This document shows positions 26,362 to 39,066 of a stretch of 64,000 nt of DNA, in pieces. The notes below the pieces were generated by a model. It searched no databases and was not told the origin of the DNA. It saw nothing but the letters and a program-made list of their open reading frames with translations. The position numbers and the translations under genes are program-made. The stretch is from Octopus vulgaris (lineage: Eukaryota), in the NCBI GenBank assembly GCA_951406725.2, contig OX597822.1:56172001-56236000 (forward strand). The letters are read 5' to 3'. Within the stretch, counting starts at the first letter, position 1, and each line of letters opens with the position of its first letter.

Positions 26362-28402
26362 TGTGGAACACCGCTCACTATTTGTGTGTTGATAGAGGTG
26401 GCTCCAGTAGCCACTACTGCCTGAATCCTATCTTTCAGGAAGTCATGTAACCACACTCCAAGTTTTCCAGCTATGCCGAGATCACGCAGTTTGTGGCATA
26501 TCATACCACGATCCACCTTGTCAAAAGCTTTTGAAAAATCAAGGTATATTTCATCCACATTTGATTTGTTGAGTAACTGTTTCAGCACCCAGTCATAACG
26601 TTGTAAGAGCTGGGTCAGGCAGCTCCTACCTGGTCGAAAGCCATGTTGTTGGGTACCACTTAGCAAGTTATTTTTTTCAAGGAATGCGATTAGTTTACCT
26701 CTGACTATCCGTTCCATGACTTTGCTGATGTGTGAAGTCAGAGAGATAGGCCTATAGTTTTTGGCATCTGCTCTAATTCCCCCTTTATGTATTGGGTATA
26801 TTATTCTCTCCTTCAGCTTGTTTGGCAGTTTGCCATTTGTAAGAAAACTCTGGAAGAGAATCTTGAGGGGTTTTGCCAGAGCATGCTTACACGCTTTGAG
26901 GAGGATTGCTAGGAAACCATCAGGACCAGCAGTTGAGTTTGTGTCCACTTCATTTATGGCTAGTTGTACATCTTCTTCGCTAATGTCAATATATTCTATT
27001 GTAACTGCCTCGCTGGTTATAGGTGAGGCGGCAAAGAAGTCCACTGGTTCGTTCACTTGTCTGTGTTCCAACGGGGTAGTTGAACTGGTCATTCTTTTGA
27101 ACTGGTCATTCAGTATCTCACTGATCTTAGTTGGACTGTCTGTGAGGGAGCCAACCTTTTGGAGAAGGGGTCCTGTCTTGTAGTGCACTGCGGCTGTTTC
27201 TTTCGCGTAATGAAAGAAGGCCTTAAGGTTTGACTTAATGTTTTTATAACCCAGGCTTCTTTGTCTGCTTTCTCCCTCACATAGGATTGTTGCAGCCTTT
27301 TTTCGATCTCCACTTGTGTTGATTTTAGGCGGGACGGTTCGCTACTTTTGGGATGTTGGTTGAGTCGATTTGCAACCTTCGTCCGTCGTCTCATGAAGAT
27401 CTTCCTCTCTCTTGGAATCTTGCTCCTATTTGTTTTGGCCTTGTGCTCTGGGACATATTTCTGGCATACGGCTTCATGTCAATGTCAGGTGTGGAGAGAC
27501 ATTTCGGCGAGTCCTTTCTGAGGATCTCTTTTTGGATCGGTTTCCAATCTGCTTTGTAGAAGTTCAGATTGGAGAGATTTCGGGTGCTTCCTTTAGGCTG
27601 TATGTCTCTGGTTAATTTCGGCCCAAACATAGACAGCTTTATTATGTTGTGATCCGAGACTAATGTCGGTGTCACTATCCCATCATGAATGATGTCCATA
27701 TTGTTCGTGAAGCAGAGATCCAGAATGTTATTTGCTCTAGCTGGTTTGAGTACAGCTTGCTCCATGAATAAGGCATTGGTGAGGTTGAGCAGAGACTCTA
27801 CCTGTACTTGCTTACAATAATTCATTCCTGAGAGTATGAGACCTTCGGGTCATTTGACGTTGGGGAAGTTGAAATCACCCATAAGAAATATGGTCACGTG
27901 GTGTTCCAGATTCATGAGGATTTCTTTAATTTTTGTGAGGCAATCTTCAAACATGCCTATGTGGTTTGGAGCATCTGGTGGACAATATGTATTGCATATG
28001 ACTATATTATGTTGTTTTATGTATACAATTAAAGTGTCATACCGAATTTGAGTGTCAGTAAAACCTGGGGTGTGAGGTCATCCCGGATGTATACAGCAAC
28101 TCCACAATGGCTCCTTTCCCTTGTTCGCAGTATAGCATAGTTTGGTACGTGTACTTCTGCGTCATCTATATCAGGGCTGAGATGAGTTTCCACGAGTGCT
28201 ATGCATAGGGCTTGATTGCATGCAGTAAGATTCTCAGGAAAGAAATTTTGTTTTTATTTTGATGCAACAGGCCCCCAATATTTAGTAAAAGTATTGGGGT
28301 GACGGCTGTGCAGGCGTTAGGGGAGGCCATCCCGTGTCTGTTGACTGTGGTGGTCTTGCATAGTGGTGGGCAAGGTTCCTTCTTTGTGCTTGGTGTAGCC
28401 AC
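26362..28402 (-). mobile_element. CR1/L2-group LINE, 5' part of ORF2 (APE endonuclease plus RT N-terminus), frameshifted
   Basis: Motifs [22 protein letters not shown]-like, NILDLCFTN, SDHNII, GPDG, YRPISLTSHISKVMERIV, QHGFRPGRSCLTQLL and YLDFSKAFDKV; ends at QIVSGVP. Confidence 0.93.
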
Positions 28403-28548
28403 ATATATATATACATACATATATAAATACAAATATATATATATATATACATATATACATATGCACATATATGTACATGTATATATATCTACATATATAT
28501 ATATATATATACACATATATATATATACATATAAACATATATATAAAT

Positions 28549-28615
<67 letters not shown>

Positions 28616-28619
28616 TAAA

Positions 28620-29490
28620 AAATGGAGTTAACGTAGGTGTAAACAAATATTTTTACTTTCGACACATGTTTCGAAAATTCCACTGATACTATTCAAAAGA
28701 ATAAATGGTATAAACAATGCAATTTTCTCTTCGGGAAAGTGAAAGAAACGAAACTCGTCAATACGACATTTTAGCAAAAAATGATGGATTTGTATAGCGA
28801 TAGACAGAACGCTATTAATATTGTTTAAAAAAACGTTATATGATATAACGTCATAAGTAGCTAACAGAACGAGTAGGGATATTAATAGTGAATGTTAAAT
28901 ATAAAGGAAATTAAAGTTTAAATTATATATAATGATAGAGACTACTTATATGCACTAAATGTATGTTTTTGCCAATACTTACATCTGTATGCTCGCTCTA
29001 TAACCGTGTTTACTAGAGTATTTTTAGAAAAAATAATGAAAAATAGCTCAGAATTGCAGAGAAAACAGAATTTCTTGCCTTTGTCATATGGTATTGAAAT
29101 TGAGAGGATCAACCATTCTAAATGAAATTGTTCATTGTGGTCTTTTAAATTCCAAATCAGTTTGCTGAGTCCGGTACTATTCCGTTTATTTCTATCCCTA
29201 AATGTTGAGTAATGGATAGAAATTCTTTTAGATAACTCTAACGATGTGCTTCCAATGTAAAATCGTACTTTATTACGAGTACTGATTATACACTGGTATA
29301 TAGAATTTTGAACCTTAGAGTTACTTGACATAAACTTAATTCTATTGGAATTGACTTCAGATACAATAACCTTGTATAATAATAACAACCTGTTAAATAT
29401 TAATACATTTACTAATACTAACATTAATTTAGCTAATACCATCCAACCCTCTAGAATATTAATAATGCTCATTCGGTCACGAATGAGCAT
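28620..29490 (-). mobile_element. Penelope-like element 3' end: open GIY-YIG domain plus downstream pseudo-LTR
   Basis: ORF 28942-29490 contains SIYQC..FYIGST..KRISIHYSTF..STGLSKLIWNLK..CFLCNSELFFI..N..RCKY; a hammerhead lies downstream. Confidence 0.88.
28655..28740 (-). ncRNA. Hammerhead ribozyme motif (U4C core, long stem II loop)
   Basis: actttc CCGAAGA gaaaatt..(loop)..aattttc GAAA catgtG TC gaaagt: 6-bp stem I, 7-bp stem II, GUC triplet. Confidence 0.65.
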
Positions 29491-30390
29491 GGGATTTTAC
29501 CAAGAAAGTTCGCCACCCACGAGATTGTCTGTGTTAGGTTGTTTGTGGAAGACCATTAGTCGCACATGCATACCATTCTCTCCTCTCCACGCAACCGATG
29601 TTATCCAAAGAAAAGGCTAAGGCCAATAGAGCTTGCCACCAGTCACGTCGCAACTCACTTCTACAGCTGAGTGAATCGGGGCAACGTGAATAAAGTGTCC
29701 TGCTCTGGAACAAAACACACAGATCGATCCGGAATCAAACATACACTCTCACAATTGTAAGGCCGACGCTTTAACACACACACACACACACATACACACA
29801 CACACACACAAACACACACACACGCACACACATACACACACAAGCACACGCACACATTCTCAGTTTTATGCATATAGATATTACTAGACTGTATAAAAAG
29901 AGACGGAAAGTTGTCAGATGTGGGAGATTTTAATGCCAAAACTAGCATATCGACTGACTGAGTATTGACTTTCCCACGGGCATTTGTCTGTCCTAGATAG
30001 ATAGATTTGTCGGTCCTGACATAGGTGTCAGTATGATTCAGCAAAATATGATATACAAACATGTGAATTCTGAATAGTTACTAACAGAAAAGTATGCTAT
30101 TAATATATATTAGCATTTACACGTCTTTTTAAATCATTGTGTCACCCTATTGAAATTCCTTAAACATATGTATGCACACACACACACACACACTGGCAGA
30201 CAAAACACAGCGTGAGATATGTACATTTTTAGAGAGTGGAGGAGGGTGTGGTAAAAATGTACAGAGGGATGAAGAGTTTACCACGAGATAAGCGAAAAAG
30301 CAAAGAGAGAGAGAGAGAGAAAGGAAGGAAGATATGTAGAAAGAAGGAAAGAAAGAAAGAAGGAAAGAAAGAAAGAAAGAAAGGATGAAA

Positions 30391-30456
30391 GGAATAATTT
30401 TACTTTAGTAAATAATGAACATTTCTGTTCATTATTTACTAAAGTAAAATTATTCC
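30391..30456. repeat. Perfect 31-bp-arm palindrome with 4-nt loop
   Basis: ggaataattttactttagtaaataatgaaca-tttc-tgttcattatttactaaagtaaaattattcc. Confidence 0.95.
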
Positions 30457-30861
30457 AATAACTTCTAGTTATATAATTTTAGTTTGTCATCTCTTAATAT
30501 ACGATGTAAATAGCAAAATAAGTTTATATAAGATAGACCTGATGATTGGCAAGGTAATCGTTTTAATATGGTATTGTATAAATAAATTCTATTTCAGCAA
30601 TACAGCGGAATATGTTGTCATGAAATGCAAGTAATCTAGATAATGTAAAGTATATGATTTGTAATAAGAATTGACGGTATTAATTTTGATAATTTGGAAT
30701 AAGAATTGTAGGTATTAATTTTGATAATTTTAATATGTAGACCTATATGTTCATATTGCGGATAATGTCATTCAATGATGATTGAGTAGCTTGAGTGTGA
30801 TTCTGTCTCTTAAACATATATATATATGTGCGTGTGTGTGTGTGTCTGTGTGTGTGTGTGT

Positions 30862-30897
<36 letters not shown>

Positions 30898-30899
30898 AT

Positions 30900-32150
30900 A
30901 TGTGGACACAGGACGTCACGAAACGTGTACAGTAAAAAATTACGAAGTACCAGTACATGGAATATGAACTATCGTTTTGAACAACGAAAGACACAAATGG
31001 AAAATAAGACAGCCAGCACAAAAACAAGCCTTCATCAGTTGTTGGCTGTTTTTCTTCTCACGTATTTCGAGCATTTGACAACAATATACGCTTTCGATAA
31101 AACATTGCGCCCGCAAAGCAAATTATATAAAATTTGGGATTTTGCGGAGAGTCAAAATTGGTGAAAACAAATAGGAAGGGCTGCTAAGCCTAAACGTGGT
31201 TGTGGTAGCGAACGTGTAAATCAAGCTTGGACAGGAGACAGACAAGAACACGTCTTCCTTGATCGAGCTATATTGGAAAGAAAGAAACACAAGTTCACAA
31301 GCCACGTGAACAAGGGAAGAAGTGTGAGGGAGAGAGAGTTACGAACAGAGAACTGTGGAGGGAAGAGGGAAAAATTAGAGATAGGATAAGTGAGAAAAAG
31401 AAAAAGAACATGATGCGGAGAAGGGGAGGTAGAATAATAAGAGAAAAACGAAAGAGTAAAAAGAGAGTGTGCATAAGAATTATTAAGATAACACTTAATT
31501 TGAAGAGGATGCATGGCGTTCAATCATATAATAATATAAATAATGTATATATATATGCATATATATATGCGTATATGTACATACATCTATATTTATATAT
31601 GCATATGTGGGCACAGGACGTCACCAAATGTGTACAGCAAAACATGCGCAATATGAGTACATGGAATATGAACTATTTTTTCGAACAACGAAAGACACAA
31701 ATGGAAAACAAGACAAACAACACAAAGGACGACCCTTCATCAGTTGTTGTCTGTTTTTCTAGTCCCGCATTTCGAGCATTCTACAACAATATACGCTTTC
31801 GATAAAACAGTTCTCCCGCAAAGCAAATTAAACAAAATTTGGAATTTTGCCGAAGGTCAAAATTGGTAACACAAACAGGACAGTGAAAATGAACAGGAAG
31901 GGCTGCTAAGCCTAATCGAGGTCGTGGTGTCGAACGCATAAATCAAGCTTCGACAAGAGAAGACAGGAAAACCTCTTTCTTGTTCCAGCTACAACGGAGA
32001 GAAAGAAACACAAGTTAGGAGAAGAAAGATGGCCGATGGTCATGTGAGAGCCACGTGAGCAAGAAAGAAAAAGTGAGGGTGAGAAAGTGACAGAGAACTG
32101 TGAAGGGGAGAGGGAAATATTGGAGATAGGATAAGTGGGAAAAAAAGATA
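30900..32150. repeat. Two diverged direct copies (about 520 bp) of an unclassified repeat
   Basis: 30900-31420 and 31606-32150 are collinear (caggacgtcac..gtacatggaatatgaactat..gaacaacgaaagacacaaatggaaaa..ccttcatcagttgttg..). Confidence 0.85.
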
Positions 32151-32155
32151 TATAC

Positions 32156-32198
<43 letters not shown>

Positions 32199-32230
32199 TA
32201 TATATATATATATATATATATGTTTATATA

Positions 32231-32273
<43 letters not shown>

Positions 32274-32724
32274 GAATTCCCTAAGGAGATAAATAAGAAA
32301 TGAAAATAAGAACGTGAACTATGACAACAGTTACAAGAACAACTTCAACAGCAATGACAAGAAAGAGATGCAATGGTGACGAAAGGTGTGGGTGTATACT
32401 TATACATATATACATACAAACGTTAACACACACATATGCATACACACATACATACATACTATATATATACATACATACATACATACATACATACATACAT
32501 ACATACATACACACACATATTTGCACACACAGTCCGGCGTTGGTGATTGACGAGGTTGAAAAGCTGGCCAGTATTTTTCTCTTAGGTAATAAAATCTGGA
32601 GACAAAAAAACAAAAATATAAATCACGTCAACATCCTTATAGGTACATATACACACTTAAATAAAATACATGCTTGAATACAAATATATAAATGTATAGC
32701 TATATAGATACGTAAATGTATGTA

Positions 32725-33878
32725 CACGGGTTGGACAAAATAATGGAAGCTCCTAGCGTCATAGCATCTTAATTTTGAAATACTTATAAAACATTCAAAA
32801 CCTGTTTATGTTTCTGATTTTTTATTTATTATTACTGTTGCTTAATATGTTTTGCTAAACTTGCTATTTCTTTTCAGATATCAGAAAAAGGTAATTAAAA
32901 TTCATTAAAATGATAGATCTACCGGACTTTCAAAGAAGTCAAATTGTTGGTGCTCGTGTGGCAAGCGATAGCATAACGAAAACAGACGAAGTACTGTCTC
33001 GAAAGAAATGACAGCCTTTGAGAAAGGGAAAAACCTTCCCATTCAAACAAAACTCCGGAAGAAACCCAAAACTTTCAGATAGGGGCCGCCAGACTCTTTC
33101 GCGAATTAGAAAGAATCGCAAAAGTGCTGCTCTCAAAATTACTGCAGAGCTTAATGACCACCTCAAGAACCTAGTTTCCGCAAAAACTGTTCGCCTGGAG
33201 CTCCACAAAGCCAGATTTCACGGGAGGACTGTGATCAGAAAACCCATACTTTCAAAACCAAACGTTGCAAAGCGTTTAGAGCGGAGTAAAAAAAAAAGCC
33301 TACAGAATTGGTCCCTAGAGCAGTGGAAGAATGTTATTTTCTCAGACGATTTATCCTTTATCTTATTTCCGACCACCGGCCGAGTATACGTGTACAGACA
33401 ACCAAAACAAGCATTTGACCCAGATTGTCTTGTTCCAACTGTTAAACACGGAGAAGGATCTGTGATGATCTGGGGAGCTATATCTTGGAAATCCACCACC
33501 CCAGTGGTTTCTCTTCATGTCAGAATTAATAGTCAAGACTATTTAAGCATTTTATCTGATCAAATTCATCCTGAGTCTGAGGAGCTGTTTCCAGAGGGAA
33601 ATGCAATCTTTCAGGGTGGTAATGCACCAATTCACGCAGCTAAAGTTGTTATTGAATGGCACGAGGAGCATTCTAGTGAAGTTGAATATCTTGTCTGGCC
33701 ACCACAGACCCTAGATCTCAATATTATTGAACATTTATGGTGCATTTTAGAAAAACAAGTAAGGAATCGATATCTTCCACCATAATCACTACAAGAACGT
33801 GAGACTGTTTTAGCTGAAGAATGGACACAAGTTCCTTTGGGAACAAACTTTGTACGAATCCATACCTCGTAGAATTAT
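32725..33878 (+). mobile_element. Tc1-family (DD34E) DNA transposon, decayed, right end missing
   Basis: TA|cacgggttggacaaaataatgg left TIR. Transposase from about 32910 with a frameshift; ORF 33018-33785 has GRNPKLS, WKNVIFSDD, TVKHGEGSVMIWG, FQGGNAPIH (second catalytic D lost) and WPPQTLDLNIIEHLW. Confidence 0.92.
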
Positions 33879-33899
33879 GCGTGCATATACGTGTTCAAA

Positions 33900-34480
33900 A
33901 TACGTGTTCTGTATTTTTCAATGAAAAAAGTTTCCTTATTTAAAAGTTCTTATGTGGAAATTGTGCCTTTGCACTGGTAGAAGGGGAAGACTGTGAAATT
34001 TAGTTTGATGCTAACTGCACATATTTCAATATGTTCACTGAGAGGAATTTGCCTATATTGCGGAAATGGATTTGCTCTTTATGTAGAGCGGTTCTCTGTC
34101 TCAAGGTCATACTCGCCTGTCCAATATAGTTGTGTCCGCAACCCGAGCAGGTTATTACATAATTTAGGTTTCTCAGAGGCACAAGTGAAACTAGTTTCAA
34201 TTGTGAACCTCTGTCCTTGCTTGAAAAGGAAATCCGAGCCTTCAAGTAAGTTGGGCAGGTTCCACAGTTTGGGCGTCCACACTTTTTAACCGTTGGCTTC
34301 GTTGTTGTTTTGCAAAACTTCGCATTTGTTAGCAGTCTCTTTAGCGATTTGTGTTGCTTTTTTGCATTTGATGAGTTTGTGCATTTTCAAGGTATCTACT
34401 GTATATTCGCAGCCGTATTCTGTGTATTCTGTGCTCACATGCGTTTTTTTTTTGTTACATTCATGGGAGCAATTTGATGC
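33900..34480 (-). mobile_element. Penelope GIY-YIG remnant, related to 3805-4200
   Basis: PNLLEGSDFLFKQGQRFTIETSFTCASE followed, across a frameshift, by NYVITCSGCGHNYIGQASMTLRQRTALH. Confidence 0.8.
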
Positions 34481-35100
34481 TGATTCGCGTCATTTTATGC
34501 CAGACGTGACCTAGTTGTTCAATAAACAGAGAACGTTGGATATTTGGATATCTGACTAAAATAAGGACTGGGATCGATAAGATCGAATTTGCGCCCTAGA
34601 ATGTAGCCCAATGATTTGCAACAGGAGTACAGAACAAGAAAGATCTACCTAACTATATGTAGACCGTGTGTGTGTGTGTATGTGTGCATGCGCGTATGCG
34701 TGTGATGCGTGTGTGTGTGTGTGTGTGTGTGTGGTGCGTGTGTACGTGTACGTAAAAACAATTTGTAAAGAGATACTTCTTTGCATTTTCATTTCAGCCA
34801 TTTTAATTTAAAGAAGGACCGTTCATTTTTATTTCTTAATGTCTCTGCAAAGCTAACCATAAACATGCTATCCATAAAGTGGTAGGATAAAGATAATGGT
34901 TATTTAAAACACCAAAAGAACATGCCTCTTTAGCGTCTCCACTCCCTCTTATTCTTCATTTTTTTTATAGATTTCTTTTTCTCTTTACAATTGCATTTCT
35001 TTTACTTTATTACATTTTGCAGGTAAAGACATCTGCAATCTAATTTAATTTCAAATGTTTATGCAATGCCAGATGTTAAAGATTAAATTCTTTATTTCAG

Positions 35101-35215
35101 TGCATGAAACGAGGCGGTAGCGATTACTTCCAGTTAAAGACGGGCGACGGACTTGATCCTAGGTTTATGCAATACACTTCGACTTCTATCTGCGGAACTT
35201 CTCGTTACAATCGAT
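35101..35215 (+). CDS. CRHBP: CRF-binding protein exon (phase 0 to 1)
   Basis: tttatttcag acceptor, gtgagt donor. Translates CMKRGGSDYFQLKTGDGLDPRFMQYTSTSICGTSRYNR, compare CRF-BP C..GDFVELLGGTGLDPSKM..DLC. Confidence 0.93.
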
Positions 35216-35934
35216 GTGAGTATAAAAGCAACTTTGCATCTTGTTACCGTTAATGTTGTTGATTTTTTTTCTAGTTGATGATGTTATTGTACTATGATTA
35301 TATTTGCTAAGAAATTTAATGGAGCAAGTATTTCTAATTTCCATCTTCGACCGGTACATTAGTCATGAAAATCTCGTCTTCTTTTCTAGCATATCCTATT
35401 CAGGGATTACTTTATGTAATATATTTAATCCTATTTCAGACAATAAGTTTTGATATGGAGGCGGTTTTGATACTATTTCTAGAGAGTCTAGTGATCCAGC
35501 AAAATCTTGTTTGCTAGCTTGGCAGAAGAATATAATTATGAGGTGTAAAGCGATACAATATACTTAATGCTGCTTAGAACGCTAATATCATCGTTAGTGT
35601 TATATTATAGATGCGGTTGTTCAAGAAGATTCAATATTTTCATATTTCAGTTCAGGTCTAGTTTATATTTTAAGCTCGGGCTCATTGTGCTCTCTCTCTA
35701 TCCGCTCAGTCGAAGTCGACTCTCGGTCACTCGTTGGATCAGTGTCCTCCAGTCAGTTCTATCCTGGGCCGCTTCTTTCAGATTGGCTATGTCCATTACA
35801 GTATCACTCTTGATGGTGTCAAGCCAGCGGGTTCTTGGTCGGCCTCTTCCTCTCTTGCCATTGACCATTCCGAGCATGATGTCCTATTAACATTTTTATC
35901 TACTAAACATTTTTGTCTGCTAACATTTTTACCT

Positions 35935-36126
35935 GCTAAAAAGTTCCTAGGTTTAAGGTTATCGTGAAAGACCTAGTTGGAAGCCCAGCCTTCCGAATTT
36001 TTCACAGGGCTTAAACAAACTGAAAGACCGTGGCATATGAGCGTGTGAATCTGAGAGGGAAATATGTCGAATAAAATCATAATTAACTGATCTTCCTGTA
36101 TTTTCTTTTACCTAAAGCCCCTCGTA
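35935..36126 (+). mobile_element. Mariner-derived MITE
   Basis: Contains the mariner ORF end (gtgaatctgagaggg..tgtcgaataa, ..VNLRG.YVE*) and ends cccctcgTA. A related copy at 54594-54795 starts TAcgaggggg. Confidence 0.6.
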
Positions 36127-37304
36127 TTCTTTCCTTTTGAATTTAATGCTTTAATTTGGCTCCGATTGGAAGTCAGTGCTTTACCATAATGCTTACAAGC
36201 GGGAATATCTTTAATATTATTTTGTGCATACGCATTCCTCCTATTCCGTAAAGCCAACAGCAGACATCAATTCTAAGTTGTTAATGCCAGTTTCCTATAT
36301 TCTTTTAGAATAATCGACTGATAAGTGTGTGATATGAAAGCTTGCGTTATTCATGCGATATGGTATTTAATTTATTAATATCTTACTGTGACACACAATT
36401 CAAACATTCGTCTTTTAGGTACATGAGACATCACATTAAGTATCTGGTATTTATGATTTTAACAATGGTATAAAAGATTAATGTAGAAATTTCATTTACG
36501 AATCGAAAATGAATTTAGCGATTTGATTCCCCGAGAACTTAATTCCACACTATTTAGTGCTTCACTTCATAACTACAGTTTCAATGGTATTATCTGATGA
36601 AAAAATTTAGCCATCACATTTAAAGTAATTAATTGTTCGTTTTTGTGGACTAATGAGGATGCTTCTATTCTAACGTTGAAACTGGTGTAAGACTTTTCAA
36701 ACGTCTAAAAGGGCTTGTATAGAGCTGGTTAGAACAATCGAATTACTTCTCTTTTGCAACAATACCTGCAATCACAACGATTTCTTATCTACAATTATGA
36801 CAGAAGAAATTATTTTCTGTCGTTAGCCTGTAAAGTATCAGACATTATGTAAATTAAAACCAAACCTTTGATTACATTCAGCACTATACTTTTCTTTGAA
36901 GTAGTCGAAATCCTGCTTAATTCACTTCATTTCCTTAATCACTTTGATTATGTCTAGTTCCAGTCATTGTTCAGACAGGGGTGATTTCCTAAACTGACTC
37001 ACTATTAATGCAAAAAGAGGAAACCATTGACAGTTACCCAGTGACAAATTAAGGGACATGGAATATTTTCATTTATACCTAGGTATACAGAATTGGGTTC
37101 CAATAATTCTACCCCAAATTTCCTTCCTGATAAGGAATATAGGAATTTAGTTAAGGCAAAGAGTATATATTTCTCATGAGAAAATTGCAAGAAAATTGCT
37201 TCTGTCTTATGTTAGCCAAGAAAAAATTACTTCTAAATGTTATTTGGTCACTTATGTTTTTAAATCAAGAGATAAATCACAGCTTTTCTTCTCTCTGTTC
37301 ACAG

Positions 37305-37444
37305 ATAACCCTGGCGTTTTGCTGGGCTGTGGGCACTCAGTTGTCCGTATGGTGTCCAGTGGTAACTACTATAATTCAGTGACATTCACCTACCAAGAAG
37401 CGTCTGAAAAAGAATTGGAAACTCAGAAATATGACTTTTGTTGA
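37305..37444 (+). CDS. CRHBP: CRF-binding protein last coding exon with stop codon
   Basis: ctctctgttcacag acceptor; T|AT joins in frame. Translates YNPGVLLGCGHSVVRMVSSGNYYNSVTFTYQEASEKELETQKYDFC*, containing the diagnostic GC..VVRMVSSG..N.VTF.Y motif and terminal Cys. Confidence 0.95.
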
Positions 37445-39066
37445 CAGGTAAGTTAGAATTCAAAGAATTTCAGAGACTATAAAACAGCCCAGTTCTTGCC
37501 AGGATCAATTAGTGTCTTAAATTTGCTCTCGACTCTTACGACAGTATTTGCCTTTCACCCCTTTTAAGTATAAAACTTAAGTACTGGTAATATTTTGAAA
37601 TCAATTTCTAAGACGAATCTCGCTCCTGTAAATTTTAGCCTAATATCCAATCAAAATATATTTCTACTTTGACTACTTTCTTCGCCTCCTATTTTTACAT
37701 TTCTTTATTTTTATATATAATCTTCTACCTTCACTCTCTGTTTCTCTGTTTCAATATTCCTCCATACTTCTCATCTTTCTCGATATAATCGACTTGCAAT
37801 GGTTCAAAAACATTAATGACATCAACTACACCAGCTTCTGAGACTTACAAAAGCCGTGGACACGCGTCTTTCTCCAGAACCAGTAAATAAATAGTAAATC
37901 CCTCACACTAAATTTCGTTATATATTGTTATTTGTAATTAATTTCCATAAATCTTTATCACATTTTATCTCGCACAAATGACCAAAACAAAAGTTAGTCA
38001 CTCCTTTATATTGCAGTATACTAACATGCAACTCTTGTTTGAACTATAATGGATGTTCATCATAATATTTTAAACAAGCCTAATCTTCAGCAAAATCTGG
38101 GTAGTGTTGACTGCTTCAAGGGAGTATAATTTTGTAGATCATGAATTTTATGCATATACCGGTTGTGTGCAGTTTACATAGTGTACTATGTTAGGAATTA
38201 GACTAGTTGCAAAGTCACGAAACAAAACTTCAGTAAGAGACAAATTTGATTCAAGAAGGCTAACAATTATAAGTTCAGAAAAACTATTCTAATTTGGTAA
38301 GTACAACAGAGCGAGGAGACGCATATCATTTATGAGTATTTCAAAATCTCCATAAAAGTATCAGCTGAACTAAATTATACCTTCGATAAAATTGCTTACT
38401 TTAGCTTACGTTTGCAATAGAAATGAAATCCTTATCGGGATACTAAGAGTTTTTATTTTTTCTCCATTTTTTTTCTCTGACAAGTTTCTTTCAAACAGAG
38501 ATAGTCTTGAAACAAGGTGATTGGCTGATGGAATTCTATTTTCTTGTTAAACAATTGTCCATAATTTTAGTTAGACCGTTGCAGATTCTGTCCTTGTAGT
38601 GTTTAGTCACGCCCATTAATATTTTAACACATTTTAACCCAGATTAACCCTTTCGAAATTTTGAAGATATATAAATAGGGATATCAAACATACGGAAGCG
38701 TCCAGTTAACCTTTATGGCAGTAAATATAGCAAATACAATGGTTAAATAAATACAAGCACTATTTTGCATCCAGTTAACCTTTATTACAGTAAATGAACC
38801 AAATACAACTGTCCTCAAACGAGGACAGTGGCTTAATATGGGTTAAGTTCGAATTTGTATTGTGTTCATCTGGGGTGGAATCGGTAAAATAGTATTACTT
38901 ATATACTCGTGATCGATAATATCGTCCGCATATGTGCGGCATTTTACCAATATGAAATTAAAACATTATTACGTAGACTATTTCTAATACATGAATATAT
39001 GTCTATGTGTGTGGGTGTGCGCGCGTATGTTTGCACTAATAATAATAATGATAATAATAATAATTG

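Noticed and set aside
38700-38810. Short diverged tandem duplications (about 69 bp here, about 59 bp at 50871-50987)
   Set aside because: Ordinary local duplications with no further structure.
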